DNA of 47,792 bases, taken from assembly GCA_003990765.1 (NCBI GenBank), contig RBNJ01000043.1, positions 1-47,792 of the forward strand, given 5' to 3'. The stretch is from Jimgerdemannia flammicorona. Lineage: Eukaryota. The position numbers were made by a program, and so were the translations under genes. The notes under the pieces were generated by a model. It was given only the letters and a program-made list of their open reading frames with translations. It was not told the origin of the DNA and did no database searches. Position 1 is the stretch's first letter, and each line of letters opens with the position of its first letter. Positions 26,339 to 37,200 of the stretch are shown piece by piece.

Positions 26339-28360
26339 TTAATCCTCTCCAGCAGAGCCGGAGGCACCAGAAGGTGACAAAAACGCAAAACAAGAGTGAT
26401 GGATTGAAGAAGAAACAGAAAGAAGATGCGAATGAGCAATCAGAGGGTGTCAGGAAAGAGATAAAAGTCCATGGCATGAAAGAGAAGAGCGCAGGATGGT
26501 ATCAGGGCGTTGAGCGACCCAGCGAGCATGATCAAATAGTACGACAAGAATTGGGAGTGAGAAAGAAGAGGGGGTATGGAGAGGGTAAGGGGGGAGAGAG
26601 GGAAGGGAGGGGGGATAAAGAGGAGAGAGGAGGGAAGAGTGAACAATAGACCATTCAACAGAAGCAAGCAGATTGCAAACAATAGAAATAGGGTAGGCAC
26701 AATGATGGACCACGAAGTTGCCAAGAACCCGAACAGCAGACACCCAATCAGAGTGATGGGAGCAGCATAATGTAAGATGACAAGCCTCACCCCGAACATA
26801 TTCAAGAAGAGTACAATGAGGATGATTGGACAAGAAGTCAGGGAACTGTTGGGAATATGGAAAATGAGAATAAACAACAGTTCAGAAAGGGGAAAGAGAA
26901 ATGGAAAGGTCCAAAAAGGGAATACTAGTCATACCACACACCCAGGTAATAGAATGGTGGAGAGGGTAGGCACCCAGAAACACACTAGGGATATCAATAC
27001 TAACAATAGTGAAGACAATGAAGTCATCAATGTAATGGCAAAAGAAGATATCCCCAGCCTGGAACACAATGGAAAGAGGTGAAGTAATATCATATAACAC
27101 ATGCAATTCATGGGTCAGGCCAATAAGGTTGGCAAGGGTGGGGGCACAATTCGTTTCCATGGTAATACCAGAAGTCTGGTGGAAGGAGCCAAGGGCTGAC
27201 TCAAAATAATTAGAGCCGCAGATGAGGAGCATAAGCTTAACAATAGAAGCCAATGAAACCAGGAAATCCAAAGGAAAGACAATGGAACTCAAGAAGTGAA
27301 GACAATTATCAATCTCATCAAAACGAATAGCAGTATAAAAGGAGGAAAAGTCACCGGAGGCCAAATGGGAAAAATGATGAACAGGCACAATGGTGGAGCA
27401 GAGAAGGGTGAGCTCCTGAGTATCATGAAGAATAGTATACTCAGGCCCAAGATGGTGTTGTAAGAGAGCTATCTAGGAGAGAAAGAAGTAGGATAACTAC
27501 TTCGAAATCTCAGTGATAGGAGAACTGTAAGCAGCTGTAATGGGATGCTAAGCCAAAATAGGCTTGTGAACTTTAGGAAGAGCATAGAAAACTGAAAGAG
27601 AAATATCTGGAGAGGATAAAGAGTCCTGGAAGAAGTTAAAAATGGGGTTTGCGAACAGAGAGTCCAAAAGCAACCTGGCATGAGCTAGAGAAACCCAAAG
27701 AAGAGTGAGAATCTCATCCAATCCAAGAGCACTAGGCTCGTAAGCCACAGCTTGAAGGAGGGCAGAAAGGCCATTAAGGTAGAGCAACTTAGGAATAAGT
27801 GCAAAACCCTGATTCTTATCAGTGACTGTGAGCAAATGCATAGGCAATTGCTTGACCGATTTAAGCGTAGTATGCATGGCACGGTCTGAAACCAAGCAAG
27901 AGCGAGCACATCCAGGAACGGACAGCGAGCAAGCCATATCGAGGAATACGTAGTGTGAAGAGACATTGGGAGGGGGGGCCCAATTGCTAGGAACAAAATA
28001 GTGAGAGGACATCTCACCATGATCTTGAAAGAAAATGGCAAGGTCAAGAGCACAATGAAAACATGTGAGACAAGCTGGATCAGTAAAGGAGAATTGTGAG
28101 AGAGTCACAGGAAAAACAAAGCAAGGACCCAAGGATAAGGCAAAGACTTGAAGGGGAGAAAGGGGGCAGTCAGCTGAAGAAAAAGGAGGAGATAGAAGAG
28201 TCCCAAGAGAAGAATAAACCCAAAAGTTTGGGACAAGCAACTGGGAAAGACAAAGGGGGGACAACATGAGGAACCACTCAGAGTGCACCAGAAGTGATGA
28301 TGGAATCCGAAAAGGGACGGAGATACTGGGAGAGAACCATGCCAGGGGGAAGTTTAAGAG
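26339..28360 (-). pseudogene. PLE reverse transcriptase, left arm
   Basis: FYALPKVHKP, DFSSFYTAI, CAPTLANL, YIDD, PFLDL, SNHPH. Confidence 0.9.
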
Positions 28361-29558
28361 CGGGAGGCCTTCCCCTTCCCTCTGACTTTTTTTGAAGGTG
28401 GCGAGCCTGATGAATGGGAGTACACCCCATCAGAGTACCAGACCTTACAGCCACAGGCTTTCATGTAGCCCTTACATTCAGGGGCACAGGTGGAGGAGGT
28501 GGAGGAGAAGCCAGCAGAGGAGGCCAAAGGCGAGTAAGCAGCCGAAGGGGCAGCAGTGTGAGGAACACCACCATGAGAATAGACAGACTTGGCCAGATGC
28601 CAGTAGGCATGGTGGAGGTGACCAGAGCAGATGGCACAAGGCCAGGCCCTGACAGGGTGAGAACCAAGTTGGCGGCCATGCTTGGGGGCAGGGGGAATGG
28701 AGGAGGAAGCCTTGGCGGGGGAGGGGGACCGGGAAGAGGCTGACGAAGCCTGATTGGGCTTAGCGGAGGTCTTGGCAGGGGTCTTGGAGGGGGTCTTGGT
28801 GGCAGCAGCAGTGAAGGATTGAACCTCAGTATGAGCAGCAGTACGAGCTTCAGCACGAATGGCCTCAGAGACCAAAACCTCAAGAGAGACAGGCAGAGGA
28901 GCAGTGGCAGCAGCGCAAGCAGTGGCGGCAGTACAAGACATCTCCTGCTCATGAAGGCAAGCAACAAAAGAGGTGCCAGTGAGGAGAAAATGATGCACAG
29001 CATTGATGTCGGTGGCGACAGAAGGAATGTCTTGGATAGTGAAGCCACAGAAGAGGGCAGCATCCGAAAGGTGAGAGGAGGTGAAGGCCACAAAGATGGC
29101 ACAGGCACGTTGGAAGGAGATGGAAGTGGTGGTGGCAGAAGCAGTGGTGGCATCAGCGGCGGAAAGCTTGGTGGCAGCAGTGGTAGCACAAACCTCTTCA
29201 GAGAGGGCTTGGCAGCAGGCTTCAGGGAGAACAGAGTAGTGGACAGCAGGCAGAGTGATAATGTTGACGTCATGGTGGAGACAAGCCTCCTTGGCGGAGA
29301 GGACAAGAACTGACTGGAACTGGGAGAGGAGCAGATGACCAGAGGGACAAAGGTCCAAGGGGAGGGAAAGGATGGCAGATGAGATGTAAGTCTTGAACGA
29401 GACAGTAGCAGGGGTGAAAGCAGGGAGAGGGGGAGGAGGAAGTTCCTCATCCATGAGCTCATCAATGAGGACAGAGGCCCCGAGGGCAGGCGGTATAGCA
29501 GAGAAGAAAGAAGGCCCAGTAGGAGCCAAGAGCTAGTGTCAAAGTGAACAGAAGACAT
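28354..29558 (-). pseudogene. PLE ORF1, Ala/Ser/Pro-rich with CxxCxxxxH motif, left arm
   Basis: 391-aa open frame; basic C-terminus; small deletion near 29530. Confidence 0.75.
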
Positions 29559-30239
29559 ATGGAAGAGTGTGTATAAGGGGAATGAATAAAGAATATAACC
29601 GAAAATGTATCAGCTGTTTATTGCCATGTAAAAACACAGTCCTTATATATAAAATACAACATCCCAAAAGGGAGGATGTGCCACAACTTGGGGCGAACCG
29701 AATTAGAAACCATATGACTGCCAGAGATAGATAGAGATAAAGGGGGAGCCAATCCCAGTTGCAGGATAAAAATCACAAATAAACACAAACAAAACAAATC
29801 TAAATCGAGATTAAAAAACATCCTTGCCCCCTCCAGGGTCTCGCGCTCACTCTGGGATCTCGGCCTTACTCCGCTCCCCTCCGCTGCCTTCGGCCCCTTG
29901 CTTTACTTGGGCTCACTGTGGCTCACTCTGTTTCGGCCTCACCCCTTGCTCATGCTCACTCCTCTGGGGTCTGCAGATGTTTTTTAATCTCGATTTAGAT
30001 TTGTTTTGTTTGTGTTTGTTTGTGATTTTTATCCTACAACTGGGATTGGCTCCCTCTTTATCTCCACCTATCTCCGGTGGTCATGTGGTTCCTAATTCGG
30101 TTCGCCCCGAGTTGTGGCACATCCTCCCTTTTGGGATGTCATATTTTATATATAAGGACCACGTTTTTACATGGCAATAAATGGCTGATACATTTTCGGT
30201 TATGTTCTTTATTCATCCCCCTTATATATACTCTTCCAC

Positions 30240-31458
30240 ATGTCTTCTATTCACTTTGACACTGGCTCTGAGTTCGCTCCCTTGGCTCCCACTGGGTCTT
30301 CTTCCTCCTCTGCTATACCACCTGCCCTCAGGGCCTCCATCCTCATCAATGAGCTCATGGATGAGGAACTTCCTCCTCCCCCTCCCCCTGCCTTCACCCC
30401 TGCCACTGTCTCATTTGAGACTTACGTCTCATCTGCCATCCTTTCCCTCCTCTTGGACCTTCATCCCTCTAGTCATCTGCTCCTCTCCCAGTTCCAGTCA
30501 GTTCTTGCCCTCTCTGCCAAGGAGGCTCGTCTCTGCCATGACATTGACATCATCGCTCTGCCTGCCATCCACTACTCCATTCTCCCTGAAGCCCACTGCC
30601 AAGCTCTCTCTGAAGAGGTTCATGCTGCCACTGCTGCCGCTAAGCTTGCCACCACTGATGCCACTGCTGCTTCTGCCACCACCGCTTCCGCCTTCTTCCA
30701 ACATGCCTGTGCCACCTTCATGGCCTTCACCTCCTCTTGCCTTTCAGATGCTGCCCCCTTCTGTGGCTTCACCATCCAAGACGTTCCTTCTGTTGCTGCT
30801 GACATTGATGCTGTGCATCGTTTTCTCCTCGCTAGCACCTCTTTTGTTGCTCGCCTTCATGAGCAGGAGACGTCATGTACTGCCACCACTGCTCATGCTG
30901 CCACCACTGCTCCTCTGCCTGCCTCCCTTGAGGTTTCAGTCTTCAAGACCATTTGTGCCGAAGCTCATGCTGCTGCTCATGCTGAGGTTCATTCCTTCGC
31001 CACTGCCGCCACCAAGACCCCCTCCAAGACCCCCGCCAAGACCCCCGCCAAGCCCAATCAGGCTTTGTTGGCCTCTTCCTGGTCCCCCTCTCCAGCCAAG
31101 GCTTCCTCCTCCATTCCCCCTGCCCCCAAGTGTGGCCGCCAACTTGGTTCTCGCCCTGTCGGGGCCTGGCCTTGCGCTGTCTGCTCCGGTCACCTCCACC
31201 GTGCCTACTGGCACCTGGCCAAGTCCATCTGTCCTCATGGTGGTGTTCCTTATGCTGCTGCCCCTTCAGCTGCTTGCTCACCTTCGGTATCCTCTGCCGA
31301 CTCCTCCTCCACCTCCTCTACCTATGCCCCTGAATATAAGGGCTGCATGAAAGCCTGTGGCCGTAAGGTCTGATACTCTGATGAGGTGTGCTCCTGTTTG
31401 TCGGGCTTACCACCTTCAAAAAAATATCAGAGGGAAGGGGAAGGCCTCCTACTCTTAA
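30240..31458 (+). pseudogene. PLE ORF1, right arm
   Basis: 377-aa open frame to a TGA that is TGG in the other arm; WPCAVCSGHLH. Confidence 0.78.
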
Positions 31459-31459
31459 A

Positions 31460-33472
31460 CTTCCCCCTGGCATAGTTCTCCCCTGGTGTCTCCGTCCCTT
31501 CTCAGATTCCGTCGTCACTTCTAGTGTACCCTGAGTGGTTCCTCATGTTGTCCCCCCTTTGCCTTTTCCAGTTGCTTATCCTGAACTTTTGGGTTTATTC
31601 TTCTCTTGGGACTCTTCTGTCTCCTCCTTTTTCTTTGACTGACTGCCCCCTTTCTCCCCTTTAAGTCTTTGCCTTATCCTTGGGTCCTTGCTTTGTTTTT
31701 CCTGTGACTCCCTCACAATTCTTCTTTACTGATCCAGCTCATTTCACATGTTTTTGTCATGCTCTTGACCTTGCCATTTTCTTTCAAGATCATAGTAAGA
31801 TGCCCTCTCACTATTTTGTTCCTAGCGATTGGGCCCCCCCTCCCAATGTCTCTTCACACTGCGTATTCCTCAACATGGCTTGCTCGCTGTCCGTTCCCGG
31901 ACATGCTCACTCTTGCTTGGTTTCAGACTGTGCTGTGTGTACCATGCTTAAATTAGTCAAGCAATTGCCTATGTATTTACTCACAGTCACTGATAAGAAT
32001 CAGGGTTTTACACTTATTCCTAAGTTGCTCTACCTTGATGGCCTTTCTGCCCTCCTTCGAGCCATGGCTTATGAGCCTAGTGCTCTTAGATTGGATGAGA
32101 TTCTTACTCTTCTTTGGGTTTCTCTGGCTCATGCCAGGTTGCTTTCAGACTCTCCATTTGCAAACTCCATTTTTAACTTCTTCCAGGACTCTTTGTCCTC
32201 TCCAGATATTTCTCTTCCGGTTTTCTATGCTCTTCCTAAAGTTCACAAGCCTATTTTGGCTTGGTGTCCCATTATGGCTGCTTATAGTTCTCCTACCACC
32301 AAGATTTCGAAGTGGTTATCCCGCTTCTTTCTCTCCTGGATGGCTCTCTTACAACACTGTCTTGGGCCTGAGTATACTATTCTTCATGATACTCAGGAGC
32401 TCGCCCTTCTCTGCTCCACCATTGTACCTGTTCATTGTTTTTCCCATTTGGCCTCTGGTGACTTTTCCTCCTTTTATACTGCTATTCATTTTAATGAGAT
32501 TGATGATTGTCTTCGCTTCTTGGGTTCTATTGTCTTTCCTTTGGATTCTCTGGTTTCATTGGCTTCTATTGTTAAGCTTATGCTCCTCGTCTGCAGCTCC
32601 AATTATTTTGAGTTGGCCCTTGGCTCCTTCCACCAGACTTCTGGTATTGCCATGGGAATGAATTGTGCCCCCACCCTTGCCAACCTTATTGGTCTGGTCC
32701 ATGAATTGCATGTGTTACGTGATATTACTTCACCTCTTTCTATTGCATTTCAGGCTGGAGATATCTTCTTTCACCATTACATTGATGACTTCATTGTCTT
32801 CGCTGTTGTTGGTATTGATATCTCTAGTGTGTTTCTGAGCATCTACTCTCCCTACCATTCTATTACCTGGGTGTGTGGTACAACTAGTATTCCCTTTTTG
32901 GACCTTTCCATTTCTCTTCCCCCTTTCTGAACTGTTGTTTATTCTCGTTTTCCATGTTCCCAACAGTTCTCTGACTTCTTGTCCAATCATCCTCATCACA
33001 CTCTTCTTGAATGTATTCAGGGTGAGGCTTGTTATCTTACATTATGCTGCTCCCATCGCTCTGATTGGGTGTCTGCTGTTCAGGTTCTTGGCAACTTCAT
33101 GGTCTATCATCATGCCTACCCTATTTCTATTGTTTGCAATCTGCTTGCTTCTGTTGAATGGTCTATTGTTTGCTCTTCCCTCCTCTCTCCTCTTTATCCC
33201 CCTCCCTTCCCTCTCTCCCCCCTTACCCTCTCCGTACCCCCTCTTCTTTCCCACCCCTGATTCTTGTCATACCATTTAATTGTGCTCGCTGGGTCACTCA
33301 ATGCTCTGATACCATCCTGTGCTCTTCTCTTTCATGCCATGGACTTTCATCTCTTTCCCGATGCCCTCTGATTACTCGTTCATGTCTTCCTTCTGTTTCT
33401 TCTTCAATCCATCACTCTCATTTTGCGTTTTCATCACCTTCTGGTGTCTCTGGCTCTGCCGGAGAGGATTAA
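31460..33472 (+). pseudogene. PLE reverse transcriptase with thumb domain and no GIY-YIG
   Basis: LSLGPCF, TDKNQG, FYALPKVHKP..PI...SPT..SKWL, GIAMG.NCAPTLANL, YIDD, SNHPHH...GEA; ends shortly after the thumb. Confidence 0.92.
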
Positions 33473-34289
33473 AAAACATCCTTGCCCCCTCCGGGGTCTC
33501 ATACTCACTCTGGGGTCTCGGCCTTACTCTGCTCCCCTTTGCTGCCTTCGGCCCCTCACTTCGCTTAGGCTCGCTATGGCTCACTCCATTTCGGCCTCAC
33601 CCCTCACTCACGCTCACCCCTCTGGGGTCTGCGGATGTTTTTTAATCTTGATTTGGATTTGTTTTGTTTGTGTTTGTTTGTGATTTTTATCCTGCAACTG
33701 GGATTGGCTCCCCCTTTATCTCCACATATCTCCGGTGGTCATGTGGTTCCTAATTCGGTTCGTCCTGAGTTGTGGTGCATCCTCCCTTTTGGGACATCAT
33801 ATTTTGTATATAAGGACCACGTTTTTACATGGCAATAAATGGCTAATGCATTTTCAGTTACATTCTTTGTTTGTCCCCCTTATACATGCTCTTCCACATG
33901 TCTTCCATTCGCTTTGACACTGGCTCTGGGTTCGCTCTCTTGGCTCCCGCTGGGCCTTCTTCCTCCCCTCCTGAATAAGGATCTTCCTGAGCATCCTTAT
34001 TCATTGATCCAGTTCTGAAAAATTTGCTGATCCCATAACCTCTGGCAAGGGGTCGAAAACTGGTGTTTATGGGCTGATGTCTTCCTTTTGTATTTTGGCA
34101 TGATAGTGAAGGGTCACTCCCTTCATATAGAGCAAGGGCCTGATTCTGATCTTGACCAATCAGTTGATGGTTCAAACTCCTCTGACTACAAAAGTCTCAT
34201 GGATGAGTAGTTGCCAGTGCCATATCCCTTAGAGAATAGTCCAGACAGATAGCCTGCTGGTCACGGGACATGCTGTTATGATTTGTGAC

Positions 34290-37200
34290 TAGAACCTTGG
34301 GCAGTCATCATGTTTTGCTTCTCTTGTATAGGTTCATGGTACTTCTTGAGTCTGTTCCTATGTACTGTGGTAGGCAGTATGGTCTCTGAGATTTTTCTAA
34401 GCCAGAAGGTAGTTCCCTTGATATTTTGCATGTAGAAGAGTCCTTCCCATTTGGGCTCTAGTTTTCGTGACCATGAGGCTTCTACTATATTTCGATACAG
34501 TAGAACCTTTTCTCCAATTCAGATGGGTTCTAGGGCCTTGTGATTCTTTTCCACATTCTTCCTTGTCAGTGCTTGTAACTTGGTGATGTAATCTTCAGCC
34601 TTCTTCCTGATTTGGTGTAGTCTCCATATTTCTGCATCAACTTATCTCTAAGTTAGGTCTAGATTTGTAGCTAAGGTTCCATTAGAATCTTCTTCTCTGA
34701 AGAGCAGCTCTCTTGGGGTAAAATATGTGCTCTGTGACCATATGTCTCATAGAACAGAGAGGGCAGTTGGGAGATAGTTATCCCAATTCTCATATGTCTC
34801 TGAGATCTTTGCTAGGATGTTCTTGAGGGTCTTGTTGGTTCTCTCTGTCTGTCCATTTCCTTGAGAGTAGTATGTGGTGGTCTTGATGTGTTGGATCTTG
34901 TATTTCTGGTACATTATCTTGTGGAATCCATTGACAAATTCTGTGCCGTGGTCTGTTGTGATTTGCTTTGGTGTCTTATAGTAGCAGATGATTTCTCAGT
35001 GTAGGAAATCAGCTATAGAGAGGACATTAGCTTCTTGTAATGCTCCTGTCTCTATCCATTTGGTGAAGAGGTCTACAATAACTATAATATAGCAGTTTCC
35101 TGATAGTATTACTGATAGTGGTCCAATGATATCCATTGCAATGTGGTGGAAGGGGATAGACTCAATTCTTGATGATCCGGGTGCCTGGTCTTGCTGATCT
35201 TGTTTCTGTTTTTGGCACTTGTCACACCCTTTGACAAATTGGCACAGGTCTTCTTCCATCTTGGGCCACTACATGGTTCTTCTTGCCTTGTCATATGTAT
35301 TGGTTCCTCCTAAGTGTCCTTGCTCATATACTTCCTTCATTACTTGATACTTCTTGTATTCAGGTATTACTAGCTTTCTTCCTTTTCTGAGTGTAGTGTT
35401 GTCTAATTCAAACTGTTTCCAAGTCCAGTTGATGATGGTGATTGTCCAGGGTTCAAGGTGGTTGGGCATCTTCTACTGCCTAAGGTAGCTGATTAATCCA
35501 TAGTATAGCTCCTTATTCATGTTGAATAGTCTTGATGGGGATGTTTTGGGATATCCTTGAGAGTGCATCGGTATTGGTGTTGGTCTTTCCTAGGCGGTGC
35601 TTGACAGTATAGTCATATTCTTGCAGCCTGTAGATCTATCTGGTATATATTCCTTTGGGGTTCAGAGTGTGGAATAGCCAGGCAAGAGTGGAATGGTCTG
35701 TTTGAATGGTGAAGTGTTTTCCAGCTAGGTAGTAGTGGAACTTGTCTACTGCCCAAACTACTGCTAAGCATTCAAGCTTGCATGACTCGTAGTTTTGTTC
35801 TGCTCTGCGGGTACCTCGGCTTGTGTAGGAGATGACATATTCATGTTCATCTTTCTTCTGAGCTAGGACTGCTCCAAGTCCTATAGCACTTGCATCTGTC
35901 TGCAGGATGATTTCTAGGCTCCAGTCTGGTCTTCTGAGGATGGGTGCTTGGGTCAACCTGGTCTTGAGTTCATTGAAGGTTTCTTAGCACTCCTTGGTCC
36001 ATTTGAATTTGGTCTCCTTCTTCAGTAGCTCATAGATAGGTGCTGTAATGTTGGAGTATCCTTTGATGAATCTTCTGTAGTAGCTGGCCAGTCCAAGGAA
36101 GGCATGGACTTCTGTAGTTGTTCTGGGTCTTGGGTAGGCTGCAACAGCCTTGATCTTCATGGGGTCTGTGTGGATTCCAGTCTGGTTGATGAGGTGTCCA
36201 AGGTAGGTGATTTCTTGAGCTGCAAACTTGCATTTCTTGGGCTTGATGTAGAGGCCATGCTCCTTGAGCCTCTTGAGGGCTAGCTGTATATGATTGATAT
36301 GTTCCCATGCAGTATTGCTGAAGATGATCACATCATCAATATAGACAAAGAGCCATTTTCCAATCTCATTGCTGAAGACTTTATTCATCATTTGCTGGAA
36401 ACTTGCTGGGGCATTGCATATTCCAAATAGTATTCGCAGATAGATATAGGTGGCATCAGGTATAATGAAGGCTGATTTCTCACTGGCATCTTGAGTGAGA
36501 CTGATCTGATGGAAGCCTGAGAACAGATCCAAGGTGGTGTAGTATTTGGCTTCACTTTCAAGAGTGGTAAGGATTTCTTGAATATTCAGCAAGGGCTGCC
36601 TATCCTTCTTGGTGATGGTATTGAGTTTCCTATAGTCAATGTAGAGTCTTGGTACAAACTCTCCAGGCTTGCTTCCTTTCTTCAGGGCAAGGACAATGGG
36701 TGAGGCCCAGGGGCTGATAGCTTGCTTAATGATTTCAGCTTCTTCTATTTTCTTGAGTTCAGCTCGCAGCCACTCTCTGTAGGCAGGTGGTATGGGTCTG
36801 GCTTTCTAGTAGATAGGCTTGGTATCACCAGTGTCAACTTCGTGGTGGTACTTGGGTTCTTGATTGTGGATATCCCTAAAGTCTGTAACAAGTACTCCTT
36901 CGTTCTGGTACAGGATCTTGAGAAGTTGTTCCTCCAGGGGAAAGTTTTCTCCAATGGTATATGTGTGCTTGTTCTGGTCCTTGTCTTTCTTGTGCTCAAG
37001 TTCAGTAATCTTGGTGGCGACATAGGCTCCTCTTCCAGTAGATCCAAAGCCTTGTTCTCCTCTCTTGGTCTTGATAAGTTCAGTGGCTTCTATGATCTTG
37101 GGTTTCTTGATTTCATGGATCAGTATCTGGCCAATCCTGTCATGCTTCTTGACTTTGAAGGGAGTGGTGTGGTTGTGATTTCTGACTATGAGAAAAATCT

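Larger units (their letters stand above)
25840..29822 (-). mobile_element. Penelope-like element (endonuclease-less), left arm
   Basis: Inverted copy of 29976-33966; terminal repeat 25840-26344. Confidence 0.9.
29809..33966 (+). mobile_element. Penelope-like element (endonuclease-less), right arm, with ~500-bp direct terminal repeats (pLTR 29809-30310 and 33467-33966)
   Basis: pLTR-ORF1-RT-pLTR organisation; AATAAA at ~30175 and ~33834. Confidence 0.92.

Noticed and set aside
28392-31350. Long Pro/Leu-rich and Gly-rich overlapping or antisense ORFs
   Set aside because: Shadows of the C-rich, stop-poor ORF1 codon usage
31378-31420. Hammerhead ribozyme core CTGATGA
   Set aside because: Reads CTGATGG in the other arm, lies in coding sequence, and has no matching GAAA stem
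25840-33966. DIRS/tyrosine-recombinase element or DNA transposon with long TIRs
   Set aside because: No recombinase, RNase H or transposase; the RT motifs are Penelope-type and the inverted repeats are whole-element copies
25840-33966. Palindrome as an assembly artefact
   Set aside because: The arms differ by many substitutions and small indels, and the host PPT rejoins across the insert
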